Below, one piece after another: positions 1 to 8,816 of a DNA stretch of 60,307 bases. Source of the stretch: an uncultured Candidatus Saccharibacteria bacterium (lineage in GTDB: Bacteria > Patescibacteriota > WWE3 > UBA101185 > UBA10185); contig CAZTDP010000006.1 in assembly GCA_964612565.1 (NCBI GenBank), positions 1-60,307 on the forward strand, written 5' to 3'. Made by a program: the position numbers and the translations under genes. Under the pieces are notes generated by a model. It had not been told where the DNA came from. It was given only the letters and a program-made list of their open reading frames with translations, and did no database searches. The stretch's first letter is position 1, and every line of letters starts with the position of its first letter.

Positions 1-275
1 GAGCCAGCCTCGTCGGAGCCAGCCTCGACGGAGCCCGCCTCGACGGAGCCCGCCTACCGATCTGGTCCAAATGGTCAATCACGTGGAGCTCTACAGGAGA
101 TGCCATCAGCGTCTCGATCGGTTGCAAAACAAAGTCCATCGTCGAGTGGGACTCGTGGTTCGCCTCGTCCGAGGAATACGACACTCCACGCGACAGTGAT
201 GATTTTCGCAGAATACGAGCGAACTACCTAGCAGTCAGGGCGTACCTGGTGGACATGGGGATTGCTAGTGTCTAG
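1..275 (+). CDS. pentapeptide-repeat protein, C-terminal part (5' end not in this end of the window)
   Basis: Frame 3 is open from nt 3 to TAG 273-275. It begins [18 protein letters not shown], the same 15-nt A-x-L-x-G unit as 60050-60307. A non-repeat tail follows (PIWSKWSITW...IGCKTKSIVEWDSWF...). Confidence 0.7.
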   Translation, partial: ASLVGASLDGARLDGARLPIWSKWSITWSSTGDAISVSIGCKTKSIVEWDSWFASSEEYDTPRDSDDFRRIRANYLAVRAYLVDMGIASV

Positions 276-588
276 CCTCACCGAACGCCTAAGCGCCCAC
301 GGAATGGACGCCATCGCGATGATCATCGAGTCGCACGCCAGCGGCGGGCACCCGGAGTTGTGCGCGGCCAAGTACCTGATCTCGGAGTTCCGTCAGTTGC
401 TCGTCGAAGCACAGGATGCGGTCGCCGGAATCGAGACTGGCACGCTATCCATTGAGGACGCCGAGCGACTGTGCTGGTCAGAGACGGAGCCGACGCGCGA
501 CACGCTGCGGTCTATTCCGTGCGCCACGATTGCGCCTCCTGATAAGACGCTGCCGTGTGCACCGGACCCCGAACTGCTCGCGGTCTAG
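262..588 (+). CDS. hypothetical protein
   Basis: ORF track, 108 aa. TTG 262 overlaps the preceding gene end; an alternative ATG is at 304. No motif recognised. Confidence 0.45.
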   Translation: MLVSSLTERLSAHGMDAIAMIIESHASGGHPELCAAKYLISEFRQLLVEAQDAVAGIETGTLSIEDAERLCWSETEPTRDTLRSIPCATIAPPDKTLPCAPDPELLAV

Positions 589-942
589 GGGTGCCGTGCC
601 CCGCGACACTCTCAGCTGTCTGTTATGCAGCGCTCGGTGTGTCACGGGGCCCAACAGCCCACCGTGCCGGCGAGGTTTCCACCGGTTGTTTCGATGAGTC
701 TAGGACTGGTCTCTTTTTCGAGCTTCGTGGACTCCCTGGTAATGGTGCTGGGGAGTCAATTAGGGCTTCGCAGGTTAGCGGCTTCGGCGAGACGTCACCG
801 AGGCGCAGGTCGTTCAAATCGGCCGAGGTCCACTGAGCTAGCGCGGCGTCCAATACCACGCCCAACCGCAGCCGTGGAGACACGGCGCGCCGCGCGCCGC
901 GCGCTCACCTACTCACCCCGCAAAGCAATCAGCGGAGGAACC

Positions 943-1116
943 ATGCAAAACGTTACAGTGTGTGTGATTTTCGACGACTCGAAACCGAAGCCCAGGCGCC
1001 GCGTTGCTGTTGGCGTCGCTGGACCTGGATTTGCGACCATTGTCTGCGTTGAGCCGATGCCAGAGTCAGTGCGCCAGGTGGCAATTGTGCCGAGTTTGGA
1101 GGCGTCAAATGGTTGA
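943..1116 (+). CDS. hypothetical small protein (57 aa)
   Basis: 3' part of track ORF 625..1116. ATG 943 lies 6 nt after GGAGGA, and the stop overlaps the next start (ATGGTTGA). The upstream part of the track ORF looks non-coding. Confidence 0.5.
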   Translation: MQNVTVCVIFDDSKPKPRRRVAVGVAGPGFATIVCVEPMPESVRQVAIVPSLEASNG

Positions 1117-1507
1117 CGTGGACAGAATGCAGAGCGCCAACGACGCGCGGCTGATTGGGCTGCTCGTCAACGCAGGCCTAGCGAGCTTCGCGTCGAAGCT
1201 GCAGGACGCAATGACGTTTGAGGTGACGGCTCGCGAGTTGCGCGACAGGTCTCCGGAGCACGCCGCGGCGCACACCAGGCGCTCTGATTCCCTCGAGTCC
1301 CTACGACGCCTCGCAGTCGACACGCTCTACGAGCTCAGCATGACGCGTGTCAGCCACACGCACGACAAGGTTCGCGTCCACCTGCACGGTGACTTTTCGC
1401 CGAAGCGCCTTGCTGAGCTCCTCACGGAGATTCAGGGGCACGCTACGGCGGTCAAGATCCAGCAGGGGCTGCTCTGCGAGCGTCACGCGATCGAGGCTGT
1501 GTCGTGA
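1109..1507 (+). CDS. hypothetical protein (132 aa)
   Basis: In-frame ATG 1109 of track ORF 1004..1507 overlaps the previous stop. The stop is coupled to the next GTG. Confidence 0.55.
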   Translation: MVDVDRMQSANDARLIGLLVNAGLASFASKLQDAMTFEVTARELRDRSPEHAAAHTRRSDSLESLRRLAVDTLYELSMTRVSHTHDKVRVHLHGDFSPKRLAELLTEIQGHATAVKIQQGLLCERHAIEAVS

Positions 1508-1857
1508 AGTTCCCAATCGAAACTTGGAAGTGGTTTGGGATGCCTGGCCATTTCATCGGAGCGAGTGACTGTCGATTCCACATGGCAACGAGGATCGGAC
1601 CGTGGATCGTTAGCTCAGTCGGGGCATACGCACCAAGCCATTCTCGAGACACATTGATCGAGATAGGTTTCGATCGGACTTACGAGACAATGGTTTTCAA
1701 GGCCGCTGAGTGCGATTGCCCAGGAGACCTATGCGAGGGGCACGCGCTCGAAGATACTACCGAGCTCGACATGCTGCCAGCGAAGGACCCAAAGACCGCA
1801 AACGCCAACCACATGGCAATGTGCCTCAAGTGGGCCGACATCGAGGTAGCACCGTGA
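1504..1857 (+). CDS. conserved small phage protein, function unknown
   Basis: GTG 1504 overlaps the previous stop (GTGA). Contains GMPGHFIGASDCRFHMAT ... YETMVF, a pattern I recall from a widespread phage family. From memory only. Confidence 0.6.
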   Translation: MKFPIETWKWFGMPGHFIGASDCRFHMATRIGPWIVSSVGAYAPSHSRDTLIEIGFDRTYETMVFKAAECDCPGDLCEGHALEDTTELDMLPAKDPKTANANHMAMCLKWADIEVAP

Positions 1858-2087
1858 CCTCTTTCCCTGTAAAATGCCTCAAGTGCGGAGCAACGTACGA
1901 TCGTAAATCGTGGCAAAGACTTCCTCCGCGTGGCGTGTTTCTCGATTGCCTCGAGGTGCGCGTTTGCTCATGTGGAGAGGATGTGGCCGCCGAGGTTGAC
2001 GGCTACGGAGGGGCGAACGATCACGCGGGAGCGACGAGGAACATAGAAGACGCTACCGGTCTGCTGGGCTGCTGCGCTGGCACGTGA
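1854..2087 (+). CDS. small zinc-ribbon-like protein (77 aa)
   Basis: GTG 1854 overlaps the previous stop. KCLKCG ... VCSCGED gives two Cys pairs. Confidence 0.5.
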   Translation: MTSFPVKCLKCGATYDRKSWQRLPPRGVFLDCLEVRVCSCGEDVAAEVDGYGGANDHAGATRNIEDATGLLGCCAGT

Positions 2088-2240
2088 CGCGCGGATCTAG
2101 GTGCACACCGGGTCGGAGTACCGCGACGCCGCTAGGCAAACGGGGGTACCGGAGCAGGCGAGAGAACTCGCCCGCGACCGTGAGGGCCTGAGTGGGACGC
2201 CTTACCGCTCGGACTCTCACGGTTGCGAAAGGATCAAGCA

Positions 2241-2816
2241 ATGTTTTCTTCCGAGCGAAAGGTCTGGTGCGCAATGAAACTGCGATGTTTCAAGAAAGAC
2301 TCGCGCGACTATCGCCTATATGGAGGCCGCGGAATCAGCGTTTGCGATCGCTGGCTATCGTTCGACAACTTCATTTCAGACATGGGTCAGCGTCCAACGA
2401 GCAAACACATGCTCGACAGAATCGACAACAACGGCGACTACTCTCCAGAAAACTGCCGATGGGCAACACCGGTTGAGCAAGCGCGAAACAAGAGGAACAA
2501 TCACCTTGTGCCAGTAAACGGGAGACTTGTGACGCTCGCGGAGGCGCAAGAGCTAACCGGCGTGGAGCAAACAACGATACGCCAGCGCATCAATCTAGGT
2601 TGGGACGCTGAGAAAGCGGCGACGGTCAAGGTTCGCCGTGAGAAGATCAGCGTTGACGGAGAGAAGATATCGGTTCACGAGGCAGCGAGAAGGTTTGGTA
2701 TTCATCCAAACACGCTGCTCAACAGACTAATGAAGGGGTGGCCTATGCACGAGGCGCTGCATCGTACCCCACTGAAAGGTCAGCGCCCATCAAAGGAGCC
2801 AGCGCAATGCCTGTAG
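2241..2816 (+). CDS. phage DNA-binding / homing-endonuclease-like protein (family often annotated HNH endonuclease)
   Basis: ATG 2241 follows AAAGGA. Motif YGGRGISVCDRW..F..F..DMG.RP....LDRIDNNGDY.PENCRWAT..EQ..N. Two HTH-like repeats follow (VTLAEAQELTGVEQTTIRQRINLGW and ISVHEAARRFGIHPNTLLNRLMKGW). Confidence 0.5.
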   Translation: MFSSERKVWCAMKLRCFKKDSRDYRLYGGRGISVCDRWLSFDNFISDMGQRPTSKHMLDRIDNNGDYSPENCRWATPVEQARNKRNNHLVPVNGRLVTLAEAQELTGVEQTTIRQRINLGWDAEKAATVKVRREKISVDGEKISVHEAARRFGIHPNTLLNRLMKGWPMHEALHRTPLKGQRPSKEPAQCL

Positions 2817-4348
2817 GAATAAGCATCAAGGATCTTGGGCCAGTAACTGAATTCGAGTACCAGCTAGACAGTCCTGGTCTTCACGTTCTGAAGGGGCGCA
2901 ACGGCTGCGGGAAGACAACTACCCTGCGCACAGTTCAGCTCGCGACAGACGGCAACACCGACGTTAGGCCTGGAAAACGTGACGGCGCGCCACGCGGTGA
3001 AGCGACCATCGCCGGAAAGACGCTTCGGGTAGTGAAGCAGATACGCGAAGAGGGTGAGTTGACAATAGAGGGCCTTGGAGACCTGTCGATCGCCGACCTT
3101 CACTCGCCGTCTTTCGAGAAGGCCACCACGCGCGACCGCCACCGGATCAAGACGCTCACGCGATTGGCAGGTGTCAAGGCTGACGCGACGCTGTTTCATG
3201 GTCTGCTTGGGGGGCAAGAGCAGTTCGAAGCGGTCGTCCCGCACGATTCTCTGACCACGGACGATCTTGTGGACATGGCCCAGCGAGTCAAGCGCGCCAT
3301 CGAGCGCGAAGCTCAACGCGTCGAGGAACGCGAAAAGACTGCCCTTGCGGACGCTCGGGCGCAAGCCTCGATCGCTGAGTCCGTCGACATGTCGCTCGAG
3401 CACGACGACGCGAAGCTCCAGGCGCTGCTCGAGTCGGCAATCAAGTTCCACTCGCTCGAGAAAGGGAAGCTCGATGCTCTACTGACCAAGCGAGAAGCGG
3501 CGAGTGATTCGATCGCCAAGGCCGACGCGGCCCGCGCCAGGCTATCCGAGCTCGGCCAGGGCAAGACCGTGACCGAGGCTACCGCAGACCGAGCGCGCGC
3601 CAAGGCCGCTCTGGATGACGCCGAGGCGAAGGTCAAGCGGATCGAGCTCGAACTAGACGCAGCCAAGGCCACGGCTCGCGCCGCCGGAACGGCATACGAC
3701 GCGGCACGGTCAGCAGTCGAGCAAGCGAAGCGCGAGGAAGCGCTACACGCCGAGCTTCACTCGGCCATCAACGCGGCTGGGATCGAGGCTCCGTCGGAGG
3801 AATCAATCATCGACCAGCAGAACGACGTGGACTACGCCGCTCGGAGCGTCGCCAGCGCGAAGGAAGCGGTCACGCTCGGCGTCAAGATCCGCGGGGCAAT
3901 CGAGGCACAGCGACGATCGGAGCGCGCAAACGAGGCCTCAAAGGAACTTCACCGAAAGGCAAAGGCGCTCCGCGATGCCGCTTCCGATACAGCCGACGTT
4001 CTCACTGGCGCTATTGCTCGACTGAATGATTGTCCGCTTCGAATCAAGCTCAACGAGGACGGTGAACCGCGCCTCGTCGTCGCAACAGACCGCAGCGAAA
4101 GCGAGCCGTTCGACGAATTGTCTGATGGGGAACGCTGGATCCACGTGGTCCAGATCGCGGCGCAACAGAACCGACTAATCGTGCTCCCGCAAGCGGCGTT
4201 CGGAGAGCTGTCGCCATCGTCGAAAACACAACTACATCGCCTCGCAATCGAGAATCAGTGCTATATTCTCACGGCGGTCGCGGATGACTGCGAGCTCCAC
4301 GGTGAGAGCTACGCGGATGCGATTCGCACGGAGGCGGCTGCCGAATGA
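2807..4348 (+). CDS. SMC/Rad50/SbcC-like recombination ATPase
   Basis: ATG 2807 follows AAGGAG. Walker A is GRNGCGKTT. A long Ala/Glu/Arg coiled-coil sits in the middle, followed by ABC signature-like LSDGER and Walker B-like RLIVL. Confidence 0.7.
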   Translation: MPVGISIKDLGPVTEFEYQLDSPGLHVLKGRNGCGKTTTLRTVQLATDGNTDVRPGKRDGAPRGEATIAGKTLRVVKQIREEGELTIEGLGDLSIADLHSPSFEKATTRDRHRIKTLTRLAGVKADATLFHGLLGGQEQFEAVVPHDSLTTDDLVDMAQRVKRAIEREAQRVEEREKTALADARAQASIAESVDMSLEHDDAKLQALLESAIKFHSLEKGKLDALLTKREAASDSIAKADAARARLSELGQGKTVTEATADRARAKAALDDAEAKVKRIELELDAAKATARAAGTAYDAARSAVEQAKREEALHAELHSAINAAGIEAPSEESIIDQQNDVDYAARSVASAKEAVTLGVKIRGAIEAQRRSERANEASKELHRKAKALRDAASDTADVLTGAIARLNDCPLRIKLNEDGEPRLVVATDRSESEPFDELSDGERWIHVVQIAAQQNRLIVLPQAAFGELSPSSKTQLHRLAIENQCYILTAVADDCELHGESYADAIRTEAAAE

Positions 4349-5487
4349 ACGCTCCACTAGCAACTCACCAGCTCATCAAGCTTCGCGCATCGGCGATGCC
4401 AACCGCCTTCAAGTGTGGCGGATCGGTGCAACCTTGCGACCTCGAGGCGGAGGAAGTGAACGAGGCCGCCGAGAACGGCACCGCCGCCCACAAGTGCCTA
4501 GAGCCTCTAGCGACGAAAGGAGCCGTCGAGTGGGATAACATCGACAACGTGTGCGACGAGCTCGACGGCAACTCGGAAGAAGTCCGGATGCTCTGCAGCA
4601 AGGCCACCAAGCTTTGGAGCAAGATCCGCGATACGTTCCCGGCCGCTCTAACTGAGATCGCTGTCAGCTACGAGCTGCCTGATCTCGAGGTAGCTGGCCT
4701 GAAACTCACCGGGCACATAGACGTCATCTCGATCGTTGGTAACCTGGTCCGGATCCTCGACTGGAAGACTGGGCGACTCGATGCGAACTACGCGCACCAG
4801 ATGAAAGCGTACTTGGCAATGGTCATCCTGGCCTATCCCGAGCTCGAAGGTGGCACAGCAACGATCGCCTGGGTCCGCTCAGGCGACGTGGAGAACTACA
4901 CCATGACGCGTCAGGACGCACTGAAGTGGGTTCACGACTTCGAGGAACGCGTCGTCAACTGGGATGGGGTCTACCGCACTGGCGACCACTGCGTCCACTG
5001 CCGGCGCTTCCACGAGTGCCAAGCGGGGAACGTGTTGGCTCGGTCGTATGTTGCGGCAATCGGTGACGTGGGCCTCGATTCTGTTGAATCGCAGGTGTTG
5101 ACGCTCGAGCCAGACGCATGCGTCGACCTGTACCACAAGGCGCGGCTCGTCGCCCAGATCGCCGACAAGGCGCTCAAGGCAATCAAGGGGCGCGCGGAGA
5201 AGCAAGGGGAGATCATCGGCAAAGAGTCAAAGCTCTACCTTGACAGTGAAGGCAGGCGCGAGATTGACCCGGAGAAGGCGTGGGGAGTCCTTAGCGATCT
5301 TGGTTTCCAGGACGCAGACTTCGCTCAGGTCATCAAGATGCCGATCAGCAAGGTCGAGAAGCGTGTGGCCGAGCTAGCCGGGAAAGGCAATGGCACGGCC
5401 GCAAAGCGGGATCTGAACCAGAAGCTTGAGCTTGCTGGAGCGGTAGAGATTCGTGAGGTTTTCAAGTTGGAAGAACGGAGGATTTGA
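4345..5487 (+). CDS. PD-(D/E)XK exonuclease, Cas4/RecB-like with C-terminal Cys cluster
   Basis: ATGA overlap with the ATPase gene. Motifs GHIDVISIV, ILDWKTG and QMKAY match the D..(D/E)xK..QxxxY pattern. CVHCRRFHEC is a C-x2-C-x5-C cluster, and there is an N-terminal Cys (FKCGG). Confidence 0.7.
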   Translation: MNAPLATHQLIKLRASAMPTAFKCGGSVQPCDLEAEEVNEAAENGTAAHKCLEPLATKGAVEWDNIDNVCDELDGNSEEVRMLCSKATKLWSKIRDTFPAALTEIAVSYELPDLEVAGLKLTGHIDVISIVGNLVRILDWKTGRLDANYAHQMKAYLAMVILAYPELEGGTATIAWVRSGDVENYTMTRQDALKWVHDFEERVVNWDGVYRTGDHCVHCRRFHECQAGNVLARSYVAAIGDVGLDSVESQVLTLEPDACVDLYHKARLVAQIADKALKAIKGRAEKQGEIIGKESKLYLDSEGRREIDPEKAWGVLSDLGFQDADFAQVIKMPISKVEKRVAELAGKGNGTAAKRDLNQKLELAGAVEIREVFKLEERRI

Positions 5488-5489
5488 GG

Positions 5490-6296
5490 ATGTCATCAAC
5501 AGCAATCGAAGTGGCAACAACCGATATCGAGGCAGTGGTCCAGCAGTGCAACGCGGCGAAACTGCGCGAGATGCCAATCCTGGCCCAGACAGTAACGCTG
5601 GCGTCAGGAATGCAGAAGCTTCGCAACGTGCTGACGAAAGAACTGGTGGAGCAAGTGTTCATGCCGCTCCAGGGGACAGCGCTAGGGTTTGTCACAGACA
5701 AGGATCGTGACGGCGGGTACCAAGCGTCCGTCGTGCGCGACTGCATGGTTGAGGCCATGATCTTTGGTCTGCGCCCAATCGGGAACGAGATCAACATCAT
5801 CGCCGGGCGCATGTACGCCGCGAAGAATGGACTGATCCGACTCGTGAACGAGTTCCCTGGGATCTCGGACGTGGTTGTGACGCCTGGCGCCCCAGCACAG
5901 AACGAGAAGGAAGCACGTGTCTCAGTGCGAGCAAGCTGGAAGCTTCAAGGTGTACCGATGCAGATGATTCGAGACGCCACAAAGCGCGAAGATGGGAGCA
6001 TGTGCGACGAGCGGTTCGTGATTCGCGTGAACGCTGGCATGGGAGCAGACGCGATCATCGGAAAGGCGCTGCGCAAGGCATACAAGGCCATCTACGACAT
6101 CTTGGTTGGTGGGCGACTTACCCTCAACGACGGAGACGTAACGGATACGGTTGGAGTTGAGATCGCCAGCGAGTCCAAACCCATCGCTCCGCCCGAGCAA
6201 GACGGAAAGCGGATGCACCTCGGGAGCAAGAAGCCTGAGCACAAGCCCGCCCCCTCACCCGAAGTCGACCGCGGCGACGACCCGAACAACTACTGA
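5490..6296 (+). CDS. putative single-strand annealing protein (RecT-like)
   Basis: ATG 5490 follows GGAGGA. GLRPIGNEINIIAGRMYAAKNGLIRL and GKALRKAYKAIY resemble RecT-family blocks. The gene sits directly after the exonuclease. Confidence 0.4.
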   Translation: MSSTAIEVATTDIEAVVQQCNAAKLREMPILAQTVTLASGMQKLRNVLTKELVEQVFMPLQGTALGFVTDKDRDGGYQASVVRDCMVEAMIFGLRPIGNEINIIAGRMYAAKNGLIRLVNEFPGISDVVVTPGAPAQNEKEARVSVRASWKLQGVPMQMIRDATKREDGSMCDERFVIRVNAGMGADAIIGKALRKAYKAIYDILVGGRLTLNDGDVTDTVGVEIASESKPIAPPEQDGKRMHLGSKKPEHKPAPSPEVDRGDDPNNY

Positions 6297-6330
6297 TGGA
6301 AACGACATCAAACCGCCCCAGGGATAGACC

Positions 6331-6525
6331 ATGCCGAAGAACCTAAACACACCACGCTCGGAGCTCGTCTGCGGGAAGCTGGACGAGCTCTTCGAGGCGA
6401 TCGTCAACGGTGAGACGGTGCGAGCTTGTGACTTGTTGGAATCAATCAGGCTGGACTGCGAGCGGATGGAAGCGAAGCTCATTTCGCGAAAGCTCGAAGT
6501 CGAGCGGCTTAGGAGTGGAGGTTAG
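6331..6525 (+). CDS. hypothetical protein (64 aa)
   Basis: ORF track; ATG start; helical and charged sequence. Confidence 0.5.
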   Translation: MPKNLNTPRSELVCGKLDELFEAIVNGETVRACDLLESIRLDCERMEAKLISRKLEVERLRSGG

Positions 6526-6526
6526 C

Positions 6527-6682
6527 GTGACTCGGAAAGAGACTCTTGAACTGGACAAAGAGTGTCGTGCGCTTTGGTGCCGCGTCTACGCGGTGGCGAA
6601 GCGTCGCGGGTGCTCGTGTGGAATCGCGCAGCAGGACGCGGATGAGGCGGTCCGACGGTACAGGCGGAGGTGGCCGCGATGA
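6527..6682 (+). CDS. hypothetical protein (51 aa)
   Basis: In-frame GTG 6527 of track ORF 6410..6682, 2 nt after the previous stop and preceded by GGAGTGGAGG. Confidence 0.4.
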   Translation: MTRKETLELDKECRALWCRVYAVAKRRGCSCGIAQQDADEAVRRYRRRWPR

Positions 6683-6945
6683 CCCGCGACGAACACGAGC
6701 GCGAACGACGGGCGTTTTGGGATGCGTGTTGTGCTGCAACGCTCGCCATAACCGAAGCCGACGCAGCCGCTGACCCAACGGACCAGCACATATACGAGGC
6801 GGCATATTGCGCAAGGCTCGCCGACGCGAAACTAGCCGAACGCGATAAGCGATGGCCGGCGCCGGAAGTGCCACGTGTGCCATGCGTGCCGCGCGGTGGA
6901 TGGCGCGAGAAGCAAATCGCTGAACGCGCAGGAAGAAACCCATGA
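6679..6945 (+). CDS. hypothetical protein (88 aa)
   Basis: ATG 6679 forms an ATGA overlap with the previous stop. Confidence 0.5.
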   Translation: MTRDEHERERRAFWDACCAATLAITEADAAADPTDQHIYEAAYCARLADAKLAERDKRWPAPEVPRVPCVPRGGWREKQIAERAGRNP

Positions 6946-7238
6946 CCGACCGCGAGCTCCAAATGCAGACCTTCATTCGGAGGGCGTCAGAGGTTCCTGG
7001 GCTCTCCGCAGAGCTTGACCAGGTGACTTGGGAGCGCGACCAGCTGCGCAAGACACTCGCCGACCGCGAGGACGCAATCAGGCGGATGCAAGAGGAGTTG
7101 AACGAGCTCAGGAACGAGAGCGACGGACTGCGCGAAGGTCTCGAGGACGTCCGTTCGCTGCGTAGAATAGATGACCTTTCCGACGTAGCCAAGGAATGCG
7201 ACTTCTACCTGTCGAGAGCACTGGAGTCCAAACCATGA
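6942..7238 (+). CDS. coiled-coil protein, short paralogue of the C-terminus of 7962..8816
   Basis: ATGA overlap with the previous gene. The stretch QMQTFIRRASEVPGLSAELDQVTWERDQLRKTLADREDAIRR... is nearly identical to residues about 190-250 of 7962..8816. Both proteins end in ALESKP. Confidence 0.65.
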   Translation: MTDRELQMQTFIRRASEVPGLSAELDQVTWERDQLRKTLADREDAIRRMQEELNELRNESDGLREGLEDVRSLRRIDDLSDVAKECDFYLSRALESKP

Positions 7239-7462
7239 CCGCCACCTGCGCAACCCCAGGCAAGACGGCGCGCGTCGTAGACAATATCCACTATGGTGCA
7301 GTATTCGTGCTGTGCGAATGCGGCCCAGGATTCCCCGTCGACGAGGACGGCTGTTGCCTCATGTGCGGCGAGGTCGCGTTCAGGGTCGCGTTCGAAGCAT
7401 CCATGAGCGGGCTGCGCGCATATCACGCAGCACTGGAGGATTCATGTCGCGAGAATTGCTAG
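7235..7462 (+). CDS. small Cys-rich protein (75 aa)
   Basis: ATG 7235 forms an ATGA overlap. Contains CECGPGFPVDEDGCCLMCG. Confidence 0.5.
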   Translation: MTATCATPGKTARVVDNIHYGAVFVLCECGPGFPVDEDGCCLMCGEVAFRVAFEASMSGLRAYHAALEDSCRENC

Positions 7463-7773
7463 AGCTGGCGCCTGGCGGGTATTGGGGCGAGTTCGGCGAC
7501 GGTAGACCAATCGCTACCTCTGGGTCGACGAGCGTGCATACGACATATGACGGCGGGATGACGGTTATCGATTTTGACAACATAAGCCTGGCGGCAAGCA
7601 CGCAAGATGTCATCGCCCTCCTCCACCGCGCCGGCCTGCTCGATGAGTTGCTGGCGGAGGCGTGGGATGATGGCGCATCAGAAGCGTTTGACAAGGCAGA
7701 CGGGATAGGGTGGTCAGCGGTTGCGTTGGACAAATTCTACGCGGGCAACCCCTACCGAAAGGCTGGCAAGTGA
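7444..7773 (+). CDS. hypothetical acidic protein (109 aa)
   Basis: ATG 7444 follows GGAGGA; in frame within track ORF 7312..7773. Confidence 0.55.
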   Translation: MSRELLELAPGGYWGEFGDGRPIATSGSTSVHTTYDGGMTVIDFDNISLAASTQDVIALLHRAGLLDELLAEAWDDGASEAFDKADGIGWSAVALDKFYAGNPYRKAGK

Positions 7774-7961
7774 TGGCAAAGCTCCTCGCCCCCAAAGACA
7801 TCGCTGGCCAGTATTGCGAGACCTGCTCCGTACAATGCCGGTATCTTGGCGCTAGCACGGACTGGTGCAGGCTGTATAAACGGAGCGCGGCGCGAGACGG
7901 CGAACTGCACGCGAAACACGACCAGTGCGCGGACGCACTGGCGGAATTGGAGGATAGGTAA
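7773..7961 (+). CDS. small Cys-containing protein (62 aa)
   Basis: ATG 7773 shares one nt with the previous TGA. Contains CETCSVQC ... C ... C. Confidence 0.5.
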   Translation: MAKLLAPKDIAGQYCETCSVQCRYLGASTDWCRLYKRSAARDGELHAKHDQCADALAELEDR

Positions 7962-8816
7962 ATGGCAAGGGATGAGACGAGGGATGTTTTTGTTCTAACC
8001 GAGGACGGCTGCCCAGAAATGTCCGACTGCTGCATCAGTGTTGTGGAGGGAACAATTCGCGACGAGGTGGCCAGCGATGGACAAGCAGAAACGCGCTACG
8101 CCCCGCACTCCGACTTGGTCGACCTCGAGCGCCAATTTGCCGAGGTAAAAGCAGAGCGTGACTACTGGCGCAAGAAACACCAAGAAGACAACGAGGGTTT
8201 GGTGTTTCATCTCGGTAGAAACCTTGAGTTTGCCCAAGAAGTAGCATTCAGACATGGCGCTACAGAACCGCATCCGACAATCAAGTGCATCCAAATCATC
8301 GATAAGCATGCGGAGTCGCTGCGGCACCAACTCGCCAACCGCGACGCAACGATAGAAGCTCAGCGAAGCATGTTGGCCGGGTCTGTCGATAGCGCATTTG
8401 GGCTGCAACCGGTAATGACGCACGAGGAACTCTGCCTAACGGTTGAGCGGGAGACGAGTGACAGGAAACGGGAATACGCGAACGAGCTGACAAGGCTGCA
8501 GGGCCATATCGCAGAGCGCGACAACCAAATGCAGGCCTTCATTCGGAAGGCGTCAGAGGTTCCTGGGCTCTCCGCAACGCTCGACCAGGTGACTTGGGAG
8601 CGCGACCAGCTGCGCAAGACACTCGCCGACCGCGAGGACGCAATCAGGAAGCTGCAGGAGGCGATGAATGAGCTCAGAAGCGAGAGCGACTCCATGTGCG
8701 CGCTGCTGGTCCGCGTCGTGAAGTACTCGACGGAAGACGAGGTGAAGTCGAGACGTGCAACTAGGTTCGAGCGCTTGCTCGATGAAATCACCAGAGCACT
8801 GGAGTCAAAACCATGA
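7962..8816 (+). CDS. coiled-coil protein (284 aa)
   Basis: ORF track; ATG directly follows the previous TAA. The C-terminal third is paralogous to 6942..7238. Confidence 0.65.
   Translation: MARDETRDVFVLTEDGCPEMSDCCISVVEGTIRDEVASDGQAETRYAPHSDLVDLERQFAEVKAERDYWRKKHQEDNEGLVFHLGRNLEFAQEVAFRHGATEPHPTIKCIQIIDKHAESLRHQLANRDATIEAQRSMLAGSVDSAFGLQPVMTHEELCLTVERETSDRKREYANELTRLQGHIAERDNQMQAFIRKASEVPGLSATLDQVTWERDQLRKTLADREDAIRKLQEAMNELRSESDSMCALLVRVVKYSTEDEVKSRRATRFERLLDEITRALESKP

Noticed and set aside
763-832. tRNA-like element: 7-bp acceptor-like pairing GGGCTTC/GAGGTCC and a good T-arm GGTCG-TTCAAAT-CGGCC
   Set aside because: No D-arm can be formed. The only central stem is 6 bp with a 10-nt loop instead of a 5-bp stem with a 7-nt anticodon loop. 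At 70 nt it also has wrong internal spacing. It is not a canonical tRNA, though it may still be part of a structured RNA.
625-1116. Full-length 163-aa track ORF spanning the 589-942 gap
   Set aside because: The N-terminal 106 aa are Arg/Ser/Pro-rich and have no RBS. A strong GGAGGA-ATG at 943 defines a shorter gene.
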